A stretch of DNA of 63,627 nucleotides, counting the filler, from Octopus bimaculoides (lineage: Eukaryota): assembly GCF_001194135.2 (NCBI RefSeq). It is 6 parts of 6 records of this genome, joined end to end, with 100 filler letters (N's around TTAATTAATTAA, not from the genome) between each part and the next. Parts side by side here need not be neighbours in the genome. Positions count along the whole stretch, not along the records: positions 11,160 to 28,561 come from NC_068986.1; positions 28,662 to 34,296 come from NC_068993.1; positions 34,397 to 55,949 come from NC_068981.1; 3 more parts are not named here. One strand, written 5' to 3'. Position numbers and translations under genes: made by a program. Under the pieces are notes generated by a model that saw only the letters and a program-made list of their open reading frames with translations, did no database searches and was not told the origin of the DNA. Below, one piece after another: positions 24,200 to 37,224 of the stretch (position 1 is its first letter; every line of letters begins with the position of its first letter).

Positions 24200-24520
24200 G
24201 AAAGGCTAGTCCATTTCGTCGGTGAGCATCGAGACATGCTGTTTGGGTTTGGGTTTAGTCCGACTATTCTGATAGTTAAGTATTGGGTCAAGATTAAGAA
24301 ACATGGTAGCAAGACGTCCCTAGAAATGGTTGAGGAACTGCTATTCCTGACAGAGCAGGCAGGAGTTGTGAATGCATATATCGATTCCGTTTTGCTTTAT
24401 CGCCTGATTGTTGTACGCTGCTCAAGGTGTCATCTCACCAGATTTAAACGTTTCCTCTTCTACTTCTTGTGAAAGTGAGGCGTTCCATTGGACACGTGGT
24501 TTATAGGTGCCCGACAGATA
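24200..24520 (+). mobile_element. Old Tx1/L1-clade LINE ORF2 fragment (post-RT region)
   Basis: ORF 24236-24472 ..AGVVNAYIDSVLLYRLIVVRC..LTRFKRFLFYFL resembles the Tx1-type xKGRAxVxNxxIxSxxxYxxxVxxCP...RxLFxFLW segment. Confidence 0.55.
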
Positions 24521-25385
24521 GATGTGTTACGATGTAGACGACGGGAACAAACATGATAAAATCGTAAACGAGTCTACACTGGATATGCAGCTGTAGACCG
24601 GAGAATTACAGTTAGAAAAATCTACTTGGCCTTGGCAATCTGTGTGGTACTTTGCTTGACCTAAAGAAGCGAACTCCCCTTCTTCAAGGAGATCACATAT
24701 GTGTATACTGTGTGTAATCTTCTATAAATTACTGATTTTGTGCCTAAACTAGAAACCATTATTAATTTTAGATATTGAGAAAGTGATCCTATCATCTAGC
24801 CCTCCTTGGGAGATGATGATGTCGTTTTTGTTGTTGTTGTTTAGACCTAGATTAACTCTGAATGCTCAAACCATTGACTTAAGGAATTGCAACCAAATCC
24901 ACCATGCATTCTATTCAAACGCAGCGTAATCCCGACTACGTTGCTTATGCAAGATGTCTTTTTTTAAGACAGTAGAATTCTAGAGATTAGGTTGCTATTT
25001 CTAGCAGATAATGTAGCCATTTAACGGCTGAGATTCAGGCCGATCTTTTGACGACGTGTTTTCACACAAATTTTTCAGTTATTGCACCAATACTTTTATG
25101 ACAGAATTTGTAAAATTTATGAATTGCTTTCAATTCCGCTTCTTCAGCACTTTATTTATCTGCGTATCGAGTATTTTTTTGCGGGTTATCCGTGGTTATC
25201 CGAGTTCACTTCAGTTCGATTAGCTTGCAGCATTCTTAGTATGTAAAGCTGCCGAGAGTAGTGACATTATATCTGATTCTGTGAGGTAAGTTTAAATGAA
25301 ACTATGTAATTGAGGAAACACTCTCCTAAGAGATTTAATGACGAGACATAATAAATGTATTAATTTATCTAAATCATACATATAA

Positions 25386-25765
25386 TATTTTCTACTATAG
25401 GCACAAGCTCTGGAATTTTGAGTGTGGAGATAAGTCAATTACATCGACCCCAATGCGTACCTGGCACTTATTTCATCCACTCCGAGAGGATGAAGGCAAA
25501 GTCAGCCTTGGAAAGTCAAACTCAGAACGTAAGGATGGACAAATTGCCGCGTCAGTCACACATACAATCCTTTCTACTATATGCACAAGGCCTGAAATTT
25601 GGCGGAAGGGGTCCAGTCGATTAGATCGACCCCAGTAGACAACTGGTACTTAATTTACCGACCCCGAAAGATGAAAGGCAAAGCCGAACTCGGCAGAATT
25701 TGAACTCAGAACGTAAAGACAGACGAAATACCGCAAAGCATTTGAGCCCGCATGCTCACCGCCTC
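25386..25765 (-). mobile_element. Two head-to-tail SINE family A1 copies (about 25386-25555 and 25563-25765)
   Basis: Two successive TTTCTACTAT..GCACAAG..ATCGACCCC..GATGAA.GGCAAAG units. Confidence 0.85.
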
Positions 25766-26166
25766 AGTCACACATATAATGAGAACAAAAAAAAAAACAA
25801 AAAAATTGCGCACTGGTTAAATTTTAGCCAGAGAAACAAGGGGAGATGATTCAGAAATTGCTTCAAAGCTGCTAGAGTTATTTCACTATTGAATATAGCG
25901 TATTTTGTGAATTTCTCAGTGGGGTTTAAACCCACGGACGGGATGGTCACGGAATAATGACTTGGATCATATGTCTTCTTGCTGAGGACTGACATGTGCT
26001 TAAGCTCCAAAAACAACAACAACAACATTTAGAACATTTGGTATTCATTTTATCCGCCTCTCAGGTTTGTGAAAGAGACGAAAATTGATATTTCTAGATG
26101 CCAATATCGAATGAACACACGATTTCATGTTCAATATTATTAATCTCACAACTAGAAAACACACAC

Positions 26167-26234
<68 letters not shown>

Positions 26235-26972
26235 NNNNNNNNNNNNNNNNNNNNNNNNNNNNNNNNNNNNNNNNNNNNNNNNNNNNNNNNNNNNNNNNNN
26301 NNNNNNNNNNNNNNNNNNNNNNNNNNNNNNNNNNNNNNNNNNNNNNNNNNNNNNNNNNNNNNNNNNNNNNNNNNNNNNNNNNNNNNNNNNNNNNNNNNNN
26401 NNNNNNNNNNNNNNNNNNNNNNNNNNNNNNNNNNNNNNNNNNNNNNNNNNNNNNNNNNNNNNNNNNNNNNNNNNNNNNNNNNNNNNNNNNNNNNNNNNNN
26501 NNNNNNNNNNNNNNNNNNNNNNNNNNNNNNNNNNNNNNNNNNNNNNNNNNNNNNNNNNNNNNNNNNNNNNNNNNNNNNNNNNNNNNNNNNNNNNNNNNNN
26601 NNNNNNNNNNNNNNNNNNNNNNNNNNNNNNNNNNNNNNNNNNNNNNNNNNNNNNNNNNNNNNNNNNNNNNNNNNNNNNNNNNNNNNNNNNNNNNNNNNNN
26701 NNNNNNNNNNNNNNNNNNNNNNNNNNNNNNNNNNNNNNNNNNNNNNNNNNNNNNNNNNNNNNNNNNNNNNNNNNNNNNNNNNNNNNNNNNNNNNNNNNNN
26801 NNNNNNNNNNNNNNNNNNNNNNNNNNNNNNNNNNNNNNNNNNNNNNNNNNNNNNNNNNNNNNNNNNNNNNNNNNNNNNNNNNNNNNNNNNNNNNNNNNNN
26901 NNNNNNNNNNNNNNNNNNNNNNNNNNNNNNNNNNNNNNNNNNNNNNNNNNNNNNNNNNNNNNNNNNNNNNNN

Positions 26973-27022
<50 letters not shown>

Positions 27023-27419
27023 GTGTGTGTGTGTGGGGGGGTGTATGTATATATGCATCTATGCATGCATGCACGTATGTATGCAAGCATGTATGTATGT
27101 GTGCACGCAAGCAGGTATATATGTATGTTTAGACATGTATACAGTGCCAGAAAGAAAATAAGGAACAGAAGAATCGAATTAAATAATGGGTTGAAATTTT
27201 ATTTATCGAATCTGGAAGAAGAAAAACAAAGTTGCTTTCGGTGGGTTTTGAACTCAAAATGAGAAAAATATTCTATGTAACGTTATGACGATGCGGCCAG
27301 TTTGCCACACCACAAATGCGCAAAGAATGAGGGAAATAAAGTCAGAGAGTAAGAGGGAGAAAGAAAAGAATGCATAACTATAAAGAGACAAAGGTATAGC
27401 TGGAATAAAGAAAGAGAGT

Positions 27420-27420
27420 T

Positions 27421-27473
<53 letters not shown>

Positions 27474-27630
27474 GCATTAGCGAGCGAGAATGGCAGAAAG
27501 TGGTTAACTTGTTGGATAAGAAAGAAAGAAAGAAAGAAATAAAGAAAGAAAGAAAGAAAGAAAGAAATAAAAGAAAGAAAGAAAGAAAGAAAGAAAGAAA
27601 CAAACAAACAAACAAACAAACAAACAAAGA
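27420..27630. repeat. Compound microsatellite (GA)n-(GACA)n..(AAAG)n-(AAAC)n
   Basis: Read directly. Confidence 0.9.
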
Positions 27631-28297
27631 AAACGAAAGAAGAAAAGAAGGACAGATGGAAGCTGAATTATTTGTAATAAAGGTGAACTGGCAATCGTAA
27701 GGAAAAGGTTAAAATCTTAACTGATATGTGAGTGAGATTATCATTTGTAAAAGAGATGAAAAAGGTCCTATTGTGTTCTGTTAATCCCATCTTATATGTG
27801 AGATGACCAACAAAGACACCAGTAATAATTCTCTATTCCTGTAACACTGTAAACCCTTAGACCCCTTAGCTTCTTGGTGTTCTGATATCAAATAAGTGTA
27901 GTCCCCTATTCTTTCAGTCATAAATTATGTAATAAATCAAGATATTGGCGTTGAGATATTGTGTCGTCGTGTGTGAATGAGTTATCATGTGACACAGCAT
28001 GGCCGCAGTGCGCTTGAAATCTATTGATGTTTGAGTGGGTTGTGATGACGCCGTTGTTGTTGGGGGCGGTGTTGGTGATGGTGGGCAGGGTTGGATTTGG
28101 TGTGGATTGGTTATTAGGGATTATACATTAATAGCAAGGTGTGATTAGCAGAAATGTGAGATGTCAGCAGATTGCAATTTCAATTTAAAGGGTAAATAAT
28201 AAGTGACTTCATTGTTCTGTTAGTTTTGCAATGAAAGAGATATATGGGTTAAGAAGGCAGAAGACATTCACTCACACACTTGCATACATGCACACAG

Positions 28298-28333
<36 letters not shown>

Positions 28334-28661
28334 GTGATTACGCAGATGCTCAAACGCTACGAATTTATACACATCTACAACGGCCATTTTCTGAGAGCAG
28401 TGGAGTGGTAGAATCATTAAACAAAATGACTTCTGATATTCAATAAATTATTTCAGTGTCTTGATTTCAAATCCTGGTGGCCTCGAAGTTGCTATTCATT
28501 TCTCTATCGTCGAGGACAGGAAAAAAAACCTCAAATATTACATTTGCCTACCCGCTTGTTGNNNNNNNNNNNNNNNNNNNNNNNNNNNNNNNNNNNNNNN
28601 NNNNNTTAATTAATTAANNNNNNNNNNNNNNNNNNNNNNNNNNNNNNNNNNNNNNNNNNNN

Positions 28662-28701
<40 letters not shown>

Positions 28702-29223
28702 ACATTTATATATATACATTTATATATATACATGTCTATATATATATATATTTATATATATGCACACACTAACTTGTGTGTGTGTGTGTGTGTTTATATA
28801 TGTATCTACCTATATATTTTTATCATGATTACTTTCTTTTGTGTGGGTCAGGTGTACTTTATCGAGGCAGATTTTCTATGCGGAAATGCTTACCTGTCAG
28901 CAACGCTCACCTGGTTTAAAGCAAGATAACAATTATCCATGGCCAGACATGCTTTCACAGAAGATTGGAAATAGAAATTACTGCCATTAGTGACATTAAT
29001 TCACAATTACCACATGGTGTCAAAACAAGGAAAAAGAAACCTCACACACATGTATTAATCAAAATGTACTGTGTATTCTATATCCATTATGGCTAATCTT
29101 ACCAATTGGTTTTGGCTGTAATGGATATATAATATTGTATACTTTGATTAATATGCCCATGGATTCTTAGATAGCTATATATATATACATATGCATATGT
29201 ATATATGTATATACATGTATATA

Positions 29224-29457
29224 CTTTATTTAAAAGCAGCAGAAATATCACAAAGACAGTTACTCAGAGTTTTTCATTCCTGTTTGTCAGGCAGTTTTGT
29301 TAGAACTCTAACAAAACTGTCTGACAAACGGGAATGTGAAACTCTGAGTAACAGTTTTTGTGATGTTTCTGCAGCTTTTAAATAAAGCATATTACTCTAC
29401 CTCTAGTATTTGAGTACTCTTTTTTTTTACCTTGTTTCACATTTATATGCATACTCT

Positions 29458-29460
<3 letters not shown>
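29224..29460 (+). mobile_element. Penelope-like pseudo-LTR fragment with a fold-back palindrome (arms 29224-29304 and 29307-29387)
   Basis: 81-bp arms with 8 mismatches and a 2-nt loop. Contains a hammerhead motif. TA-rich microsatellite on both sides. Confidence 0.7.
29313..29358 (+). ncRNA. Minimal type-I hammerhead ribozyme motif (G8A decay)
   Basis: AAAACTGT-CTGACAA-ACG-GGAA-TGT-GAA-ACTC-T-GAGT-A-ACAGTTTT: 8-bp stem I, GUA site, palindromic stem III. A more decayed mirror copy lies at 29253-29298 (-). Confidence 0.75.
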
Positions 29461-29509
<49 letters not shown>

Positions 29510-29573
29510 ACATCCTACGTATGCTAGCATGGTGGGTGGATGTTAAACGATGACGATGATGATGATGATGATG

Positions 29574-29773
29574 ATGAATTTATAATAAAGGAGAACAGAG
29601 ATTTATATCCAGTTTTAGTCAGCGTTTAATTAACTCTTTTCATTTCTGCACCTACATATCTTTCTGCAGCAATTAATGCACAGAAACATGTGTAGGTGCA
29701 GAAATGAAAAGAAGTAATGAACAGTTGAATAAAACTGGATATAAGCCTCTGTTCTCCGTTATTATAAATTCAT
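29574..29773. repeat. Fold-back inverted repeat / MITE-like (93-bp arms 29574-29666 and 29681-29773)
   Basis: About 12 mismatches over 93 bp, 14-nt spacer. Confidence 0.8.
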
Positions 29774-30276
29774 AATTTTCTCTACTGAAAACATGCAATC
29801 TCTACAGAGTGATATGGATTTACCAATGTGTTAGTAAATCAAACTAACTGGAGATTAGCCAGCATTAATTAGCAGTAAAGCAACGATAGTACCCATTTCG
29901 ATTCTATATCTCTACCAAACAAAATTTGGAAATCTATCTATCTACATAATAATATAGATTCTCCGATTTGAAGCGACAATTTTTAAATACAAACAAATGA
30001 CCAAAAAATGATGAGCTAACCCTAGTTAGAATCAAACCCACAAATCAACACTAACATGACTCCTTGTGCATCTGACTGGGCCAAATGCTCACCCATCAAT
30101 TTCAGTCAAATTTAATGAATATATACTTAAACTGTCTAATACGACATGTAATTAGACTGCAGCCATGCTGGAGTACTGCCTCAAGGTTTTAGTCAAATGT
30201 ATCAATCGAATACTTGCTTTTTTAGACATGACTTTTTCCATCCAAAATGCTTTATCAACCCAGCATTATCTACATG

Positions 30277-30499
30277 TGGCGAGCTGGCAGAATCGTTAGC
30301 ATGCTGGGTGAAATGCTTAGCGGTATTTTGTCTGCTGTTACATTCTGGGTTTGAATTCCGCCGAGGTCGACTTTGCCTTTCATCCTTTTGGGGTCAATCA
30401 AAGAAGTACCAGTTATGCACTGGAGTCGATGTAATAGACTTAATCCCTTTGTTTTGTCTCCTCTATGTTTAGCCCCCTGTGGGCAATAAAGAAATAAAT
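30277..30499 (+). mobile_element. SINE family A2 (Tx1-like tail), full length
   Basis: Tail TTTGTCTCCTCTATGTTTAGCCCCCTGTGGGCAATAAAGAAA. 12-bp TSD ATTATCTACATG (30265-30276, 30500-30511). Confidence 0.85.
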
Positions 30500-31085
30500 A
30501 TTATCTACATGCAATTATCTATAGTTTTATGTGTGCTCTGAGAGTCACTGCTCCAAGAAATAACTCACACACACACACACACACACACATGCATGCATGC
30601 ACACATACACATGTACACACACGCATGCACACACACACACTCATGCATGCACATACACACATATAGCTACTATATGCAGAATGTATTTGTAATATTCATT
30701 TAGCCTTCTTGCGTAATAGTTTCACAGCTAACAGCCCATCATAATAAACTGGTTAATCTAAAGCCTATTGCAAAATCTAGAGAGGAATTAATGATATTTT
30801 ATTGTGCTTGAATACTGCCAAATATTCCAGACCAATTTTTTTCTCTTTCACAAAATTCAAATATTAATTTATGGAAAGATTTATTTTCTTCCCGAGTAAT
30901 TTAAATTTAACATTTTGCATTAAATATGCATTGATGTTTATATATAGATATATGTGTGTGTGTGTGAGTGTGTGTGTATATGTATATATATACACATAAA
31001 TACATAGACACATATACTTATATAATTATGTAGTGGAATTATAAAATATATATACATATGTACATATATATACTTATACTTATAA

Positions 31086-31129
<44 letters not shown>

Positions 31130-31139
31130 NNNNNNNNNN

Positions 31140-31402
31140 TTCTCTCTGCAGACTTCAAAATCATTTGGACGTAAAAAATATGAATTCTGAAGACGAGGTC
31201 AGAACAGTACTGGAAGAGTATTTTTCATCACAGACAAGTGAATTTTGGAAGCAGGGCCTTGCAAGTCGATAGATGGAAGAATATTGTAGAAAATGAAGGA
31301 GAGTATATTTTAGATTGAAAAAGAACTTTGTTTATCTTAATTTTGAAAAATAAAAGAAGTATAAAAAAAAAACCCACATTATTTATGGGATGTCCCCAAT
31401 AT
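31140..31402 (+). mobile_element. Mariner 3' end, same family as 11181-12012
   Basis: GACGAGGTCAGAACAGTACTGGA..GTAGAAAATGAAGGAGAGTATATTTTAGATT is shared. Ends CATTATTTATGGGATGTCCCCAATA at (TA)n. Confidence 0.85.
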
Positions 31403-31699
31403 ATATATATACATGTATGCAAGTATATATATATTATATATATATATATATATATATGCCCTATTTAGATGTATATTTACATAGATACATGCATTGATAT
31501 ACTTACATGCATACAGATGGACAGCCAGCCAGATAGATAGAGACTGAGAGAGACATAGATAAATAGATAGATAGATAGATCGATAGATAGATAGATGTGC
31601 ATTCATTAAAAATTCAAGGCAGTGATATGGTAAAACTAAATAACATGCAAATTATGTCAAGCAGAGAAAAATAAGCATAACCACACCAATAACAACAAC

Positions 31700-31752
31700 C
31701 ACAGCAACGATAACAATTATAATAATAATTGCTTCCAATAATAATAATAATA

Positions 31753-31793
<41 letters not shown>

Positions 31794-31818
31794 AATAATA
31801 ATAACAAAAACAACAACA

Positions 31819-31858
<40 letters not shown>

Positions 31859-31920
31859 TTATAATAATAATAAGAAGAATAACAATAATAACAATAATAA
31901 TAGCAACAGCAACAACAAGG
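31700..31920. repeat. (AAT)n/(GAT)n/(AAC)n tract
   Basis: Read directly. Confidence 0.85.
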
Positions 31921-33899
31921 AAATGAGATAATTTATTAAAAAAATGATCAGTAAAATATAATTTGATGATTTAAGACTGTTTTAATTGGTAAAGAACTAC
32001 ATGGTGTTGGAGGAGCATTGTTCCGGAACTTTTGCAGAACACAAATGACTCTCTTTCTACAGTGATTAATGTTTCTAAAATATTGATTACAATTTGATTG
32101 ATTGCCTTCGATGAAACAGTTTTTGATGACTCAGAAAATTCTGTGTGAATTCTATAAACTATTTTCCTAAGATTATTGTTGCAACCCACAGCAAATGTGG
32201 CTGCCAAAGAATGACTGACAAAACTTGAAATAATGGAAGGTTGTGTGGTACATAACAGATGAATTAGCTGTTGTTTTTGGCTGTAATTGTATTCCTCATA
32301 GTCAGTTTGTGATGACATGATAATGCAAACGTCATCATCATTGTTGCTGTTGTTATTGTCATTGCTGCAGCTGACATTATCATCATCATCAACATCATAA
32401 TCACCTTCATCATCTTCACCAACATCACCATCATTAACTTACTGCTTTTCTCCCATATAAACATTTTGGTACTTGCAGGGTTCTGACAGAATTCCTTGAT
32501 GTAGATTGTCTATGATTGAATATGCCCTTCCTGTTACAAAAACTCGTCTGTTTCCAGGCAAGGTAATATTTCTTCATAGTGAGACATATTTTCATGTAAT
32601 ATAGGGAAAAATCCTCCATTTTGTTAACTTCTTGAGAATTTTCTGGTGACAAATCGATTAAGTTGTTAGACTCTAGGATATAATGCCTTGTAGTTTTTCT
32701 GACTCTCTGTACTCAGTGTTCAAATTCTTCAGAGGTTAACTTTGGATTTTATCCTTTTAGGGTTGATAAAAAGTACCATATGCAGTGGAAGATTGTCTGA
32801 AAATGTGAGACCATTTCTGGATTGAAGAATATATGAAGTCATCAATAATTATGAAAATGATGCTGACAGCTGAGATTCATAGCTGGTAACTTCCTCAGCT
32901 TACATAAATATTTATTGTGAGACAATGAAATATAAATATTATGAATATTCGAAGATTTATCAAATATATTTGTTGTCAATTAATTTACTCATTTCAGATC
33001 CCTGAGAACTGGTCGTTGGCTTGTATTCACATGTGAATGATGTGGGTTTTGGATTTCTTTCAGTTTGCAGTTAATTGGGAACATGCATGGTTAAATAATT
33101 TATTGTACAATAATAAGAGTTTGAACAGAGCCAGGGAGGAAGAGAAAGGGAAAGAGAGAATGGTGGGAAAGAGTACACAAATGAATCTAACAAATAATGA
33201 GACGAGCTGAAATCATATTATATTGCATTTCAAATAAAATTTGACACACACACACACATGTAGATAAGTATGGATGCATATATGGTTTTCACAACAAAAC
33301 TTTTGGGCAAAGATTTTATGGAAAAACAGGCATGGCATTAATGCCCACAAAAATCTATATATATGGTATATATATATATAGAAGCATTCTTAAAGTGCAA
33401 AGCCAAAAGATGAAAGTCAATGAGATGGTAATAAAAGAATTAATAAAAGAACTTATGGCAATAATATTGTAAATGAAATAAAAATAAAGGAGCTAATAAA
33501 AGCAAATAAAGTGAGATGTTTGTAAAAAGAAGCAATAAAAATATTAAAATAGAGGCATTTAGTTACAGTGACAGAATCTTCTTTGTTATTGCACCTGAAT
33601 GTCTCTAGGGATAGAGAAAAAGGAATTGAGAGAAGAGACAAAAGAGGAATGAGAGAAGGAGGGAAAAGTTGCAAATATTAATGGTGTGAGGAACCAAAGT
33701 TATTGGAAGGATTTTATTGAGAAGTACAATGTTTCATTTAGATCCTATTCCCTTCTGTGAAAGCTAGTCTTCACTTGATGCAAATATTTTCTGAGATTAC
33801 TGGAATTTTCAGGGTGTAAGTACAATGTGCTTCTGCCATTTTCACTACTTTCCGGATTGTTCTTATTCTCTGATGAAGTTACTGACATAAGCATCTGTT

Positions 33900-34270
33900 G
33901 AATTCAGGTTGACTGACTTGGAAACTCTTATATTAAAGTGGATCGATGGCTTCAGTAGCAGAGCCCTGAGAACCATCGAGAACAGATGATACAATCACGT
34001 TTCCAACAAACAATTATGTGCATGCACCAGCGTGCAGTCTCCCACCGCATAGCTATCTGTTGCACGTGCTGGTATGGACATGTCCTCCGTCTGCCTCTAT
34101 GTCACCCTAGCAGGGTTTTACTCTCATTTGACACAGCAGCTGCAGGCTGGGAGAAGTCTTGTGGCAGGCCTTGCATCAGATGGCTGGACATGACTGGGGA
34201 AGATGTCCAGAAGATGCACAGGGAGTGGTACAGAACACCAGTGGTAGAAAGCACTGGTGGACCTTGTTGG
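33900..34270 (+). mobile_element. RTE-like LINE, 3' end of ORF (5' truncated, decayed)
   Basis: WYGHVLRLPLCHPSRVLLSFD...GWEKSCGRPCIRWLDM matches the RLRWFGHVxRM...GRPxxRW C-terminal LINE motif. Confidence 0.75.
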
Positions 34271-34805
34271 CTATATATATATATATATATATATATNNNN
34301 NNNNNNNNNNNNNNNNNNNNNNNNNNNNNNNNNNNNNNNNTTAATTAATTAANNNNNNNNNNNNNNNNNNNNNNNNNNNNNNNNNNNNNNNNNNNNTATA
34401 TATATATATATTAATACACACACACACACACATATATACATACACTGTGTGAAGTTCAATGAGTAAAGTCGAGTAAATACACAGCATAATATTATTTTAA
34501 ATAATAATGGAGATAATAAATCGAATATAAGTAGAAAAATAAGTTAATATTTATTGATCTAGATATATACATATAATCGATAGATTGAAGATAGGCAAAC
34601 AAAATGGAAAGAAGGAAAGAGAAAATGTCGAAGATAACTATAAGAAATTAATGACAAATTATCGGTCATAATAAAGCAACGAAAGGTTGGAATATAGTAG
34701 CATCAGTTTAGATGTATATAATATAAGGACTTGATTATCTTAAACCTGCTATGTCAATATTTACATAGATCTGAATAATTGCGTCAACATGCGATTTTTA
34801 CATTA

Positions 34806-34855
<50 letters not shown>

Positions 34856-34859
34856 CCTT

Positions 34860-35085
34860 CTCCAATTCCTTCTTTCCGACTCACAGGTCTACGCTTAGAG
34901 AGGCACCATCCACTCTTGCCATTTTCGAACTTCCATCCGCTTTTCAATATATTCGTTCGAGGACAGCATTTCTCTCTCCACTCTCAATTTCCTTCTCGAG
35001 TGAAACTTGAAGAAGTCCATGTGAGCTCTACTAATGAAGAATGTATCTGTTCTCATGCCTATTAGCCTTGCTCAACCTGAAGAAA
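34860..35085 (-). mobile_element. Tx1/L1-clade LINE, ORF2 C-terminus fragment
   Basis: Minus strand ..DFFKFHSRRKLRVER..LSSNEYIEKR.. is homologous to FFKYHLKGKVRVETEVLSSECFRKRW at about 44400-44490. Confidence 0.6.
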
Positions 35086-35094
35086 ATTCTAACT

Positions 35095-35230
35095 GGCCTC
35101 CACCTGCAAGGTCATGCGCTGTTTATCTTGATGCAAGATCACAATGTCATGCACATATGGTTGTAGTGCATGTGCCTGGTGTACCCCTATCAGATTGGTA
35201 GTCATGGTAGGTACATTGAGCTTCGTAATA
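35095..35230 (+). mobile_element. Retroposon family F fragment
   Basis: GCAAGGTCATGCGCTGTTTATCTT..GCATGTGCCTGGTGTACCC.TATCAGA, shared with 49868-50045. Confidence 0.75.
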
Positions 35231-35452
35231 AATTTAAGAGCAGTATTCTTAATCAGACAAGCACCCCTTGTAAACATAAGGACACAGGAAATGTGTCAAG
35301 GCCGACAGGAAGCGGTGCAGCTTCCTAGGTCTAACCAACAGTAGTATTATTCCCTTTGGGAACTGTCACATTAAGTTGACAGCATACAACTACTTCATTG
35401 CATCACTACTTCATAAATCTCTCTGAGAGATTTAGAAATGTATTATTTCTAA

Positions 35453-35944
<492 letters not shown>

Positions 35945-35947
35945 GTT

Positions 35948-36011
<64 letters not shown>

Positions 36012-36019
36012 CCATACAC

Positions 36020-36240
36020 GGCGGCGAGCTGGTAGAATTGTTAGCGCACTGGGCGAGATGCTTAGCGGTATATCGCCCGTCGTTATGTTCTGAGTTCGAA
36101 CTATGTTCCGAGGTCGATCTTGCCATTAATCCTTTCGGGGTCGAAAAATTAAGTACCAGTGAAATACTAGGGTCGATAAAATCGACTAGCCCCCTCCCAC
36201 CAAATTTCAGGCCTTGTGACTATAGTAAAAAGGATTATTA
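36020..36240 (+). mobile_element. SINE family A1, full length
   Basis: GGCGGCGAGCTGG..GAGTTCGAAC..GGGGTCGAAAAATTAAGTACCAG..GGCCTTGTGACTATAGTAAAAAGGATTATT. Confidence 0.85.
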
Positions 36241-36264
36241 TTGTCATAATCATTTACTAGCAAC

Positions 36265-36802
36265 GGAAGTGGTATTGATACCAAAAGGTAATCTTTATAC
36301 CCAATTTAACGTGGATGTCTTCTTATAAAACCAAGTGAGGGATCCTCTCATGTGGGCCCTTGGTGTATCAAAGCACACACATAACGCCTAACGCAGTCTT
36401 CGGTGTTCCAACAAGATATCGATGTTAAATTGGATATAAAGATTATCTTTTGGCATTAATACTGCTTCCAACGGTAAGAATTAATTTTTAATAAGGTTGT
36501 TGGTATTTGCAACATCAGTGTCTGAAAAGATGCTCATATATCGTGGCAGCGAGTCTTGACTGGCATGCGGTGGTCGGAGGTCTCCATCTGATGATTTCCA
36601 GTAGAATGAAATCACGTGATATGGGAGTTACGTCACTCATGACCGATAATTCTCATCTGCAACGGTCTGTGTGTATCCCTCTATTCCTCAACCGCCTTTA
36701 GGAGCGAATCTCTCAAGGCTAATAACACAGTATTCGGTTTCTAACAAGACATCCACGCTAATCTGGAAATAAAGATTATCCTTAGCTATTAATACTGCTT
36801 CA
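36265..36802. repeat. Three copies of a 57-bp unit (36265-36321 +, 36413-36469 -, 36746-36802 -)
   Basis: Copies 1 and 2 form an inverted repeat (48/57 identical, 91-bp spacer). Copy 3 is in the same orientation as copy 2. Confidence 0.75.
36582..36627 (+). ncRNA. Minimal type-I hammerhead ribozyme motif, intact core
   Basis: CTCCAT-CTGATGA-TTTC-CAGTA-GAAT-GAA-ATCACGTGAT-A-TGGGAG. The 10-nt stem III is a perfect palindrome; stem I has two core-proximal mismatches. Confidence 0.6.
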
Positions 36803-37075
36803 TCAGTTGTTGGATGTTTTTCTACTCTCGTATTTCGAGCATTTGACAACAATATACGTTTTCGATAAAACAGTTGCTTCCGCAAAGCAAATTAAATCAT
36901 ATTTGGGATTTTGCGGAGGGTCAAAATTGGTAACACAAGCAGGACAGTGAAAACAAACAGGAAGGGCTGCTAAGCCTAAACGAGGTTGTGGTGGCGAACG
37001 CGTAAATCAAGATGGACAGGAGACAGCCAAGAACAAGTCTTCCTTGTTCCAGCTACAACGGAGAGAAAGAACGAA
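36795..37075 (-). mobile_element. Unclassified ~290-bp dispersed repeat, homologous to 47372-47650 (+)
   Basis: Shared CGCGTTCGCCACCACAACCTCGTTTAGGCTTAG..CCCTCCGCAAAATCCCAAAT..CTCGAAATACG..CAACTGATGAAG. Confidence 0.75.
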
Positions 37076-37135
37076 ACATTTATATATGTATGTATGTAAT
37101 GTACATATCTTTATATATATATATATATATATATA

Positions 37136-37224
37136 TGGGAGAATATACAAAAAATAACAACAGACGAGGACAGGTGGTGTAAATAACAAAAGTATATATT
37201 AGTATGACGCTCGGGAATACGGTA
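37136..37224 (-). mobile_element. Penelope-like pLTR fragment of the family at 54774-54885
   Basis: Reverse complement CGAGCGTCATACTAATA..TTTGTTATTTACACCACCTGTCCTCGTC aligns with 54824-54875. Runs into an N-gap. Confidence 0.55.

Noticed and set aside
31971-32712. Two protein-like minus-strand ORFs, and a plus-strand AG..GT segment at 32479-32562
   Set aside because: The ORF lengths are about what chance gives in a window this size, and no motif was recognised. The plus-strand segment has stops in all three frames.
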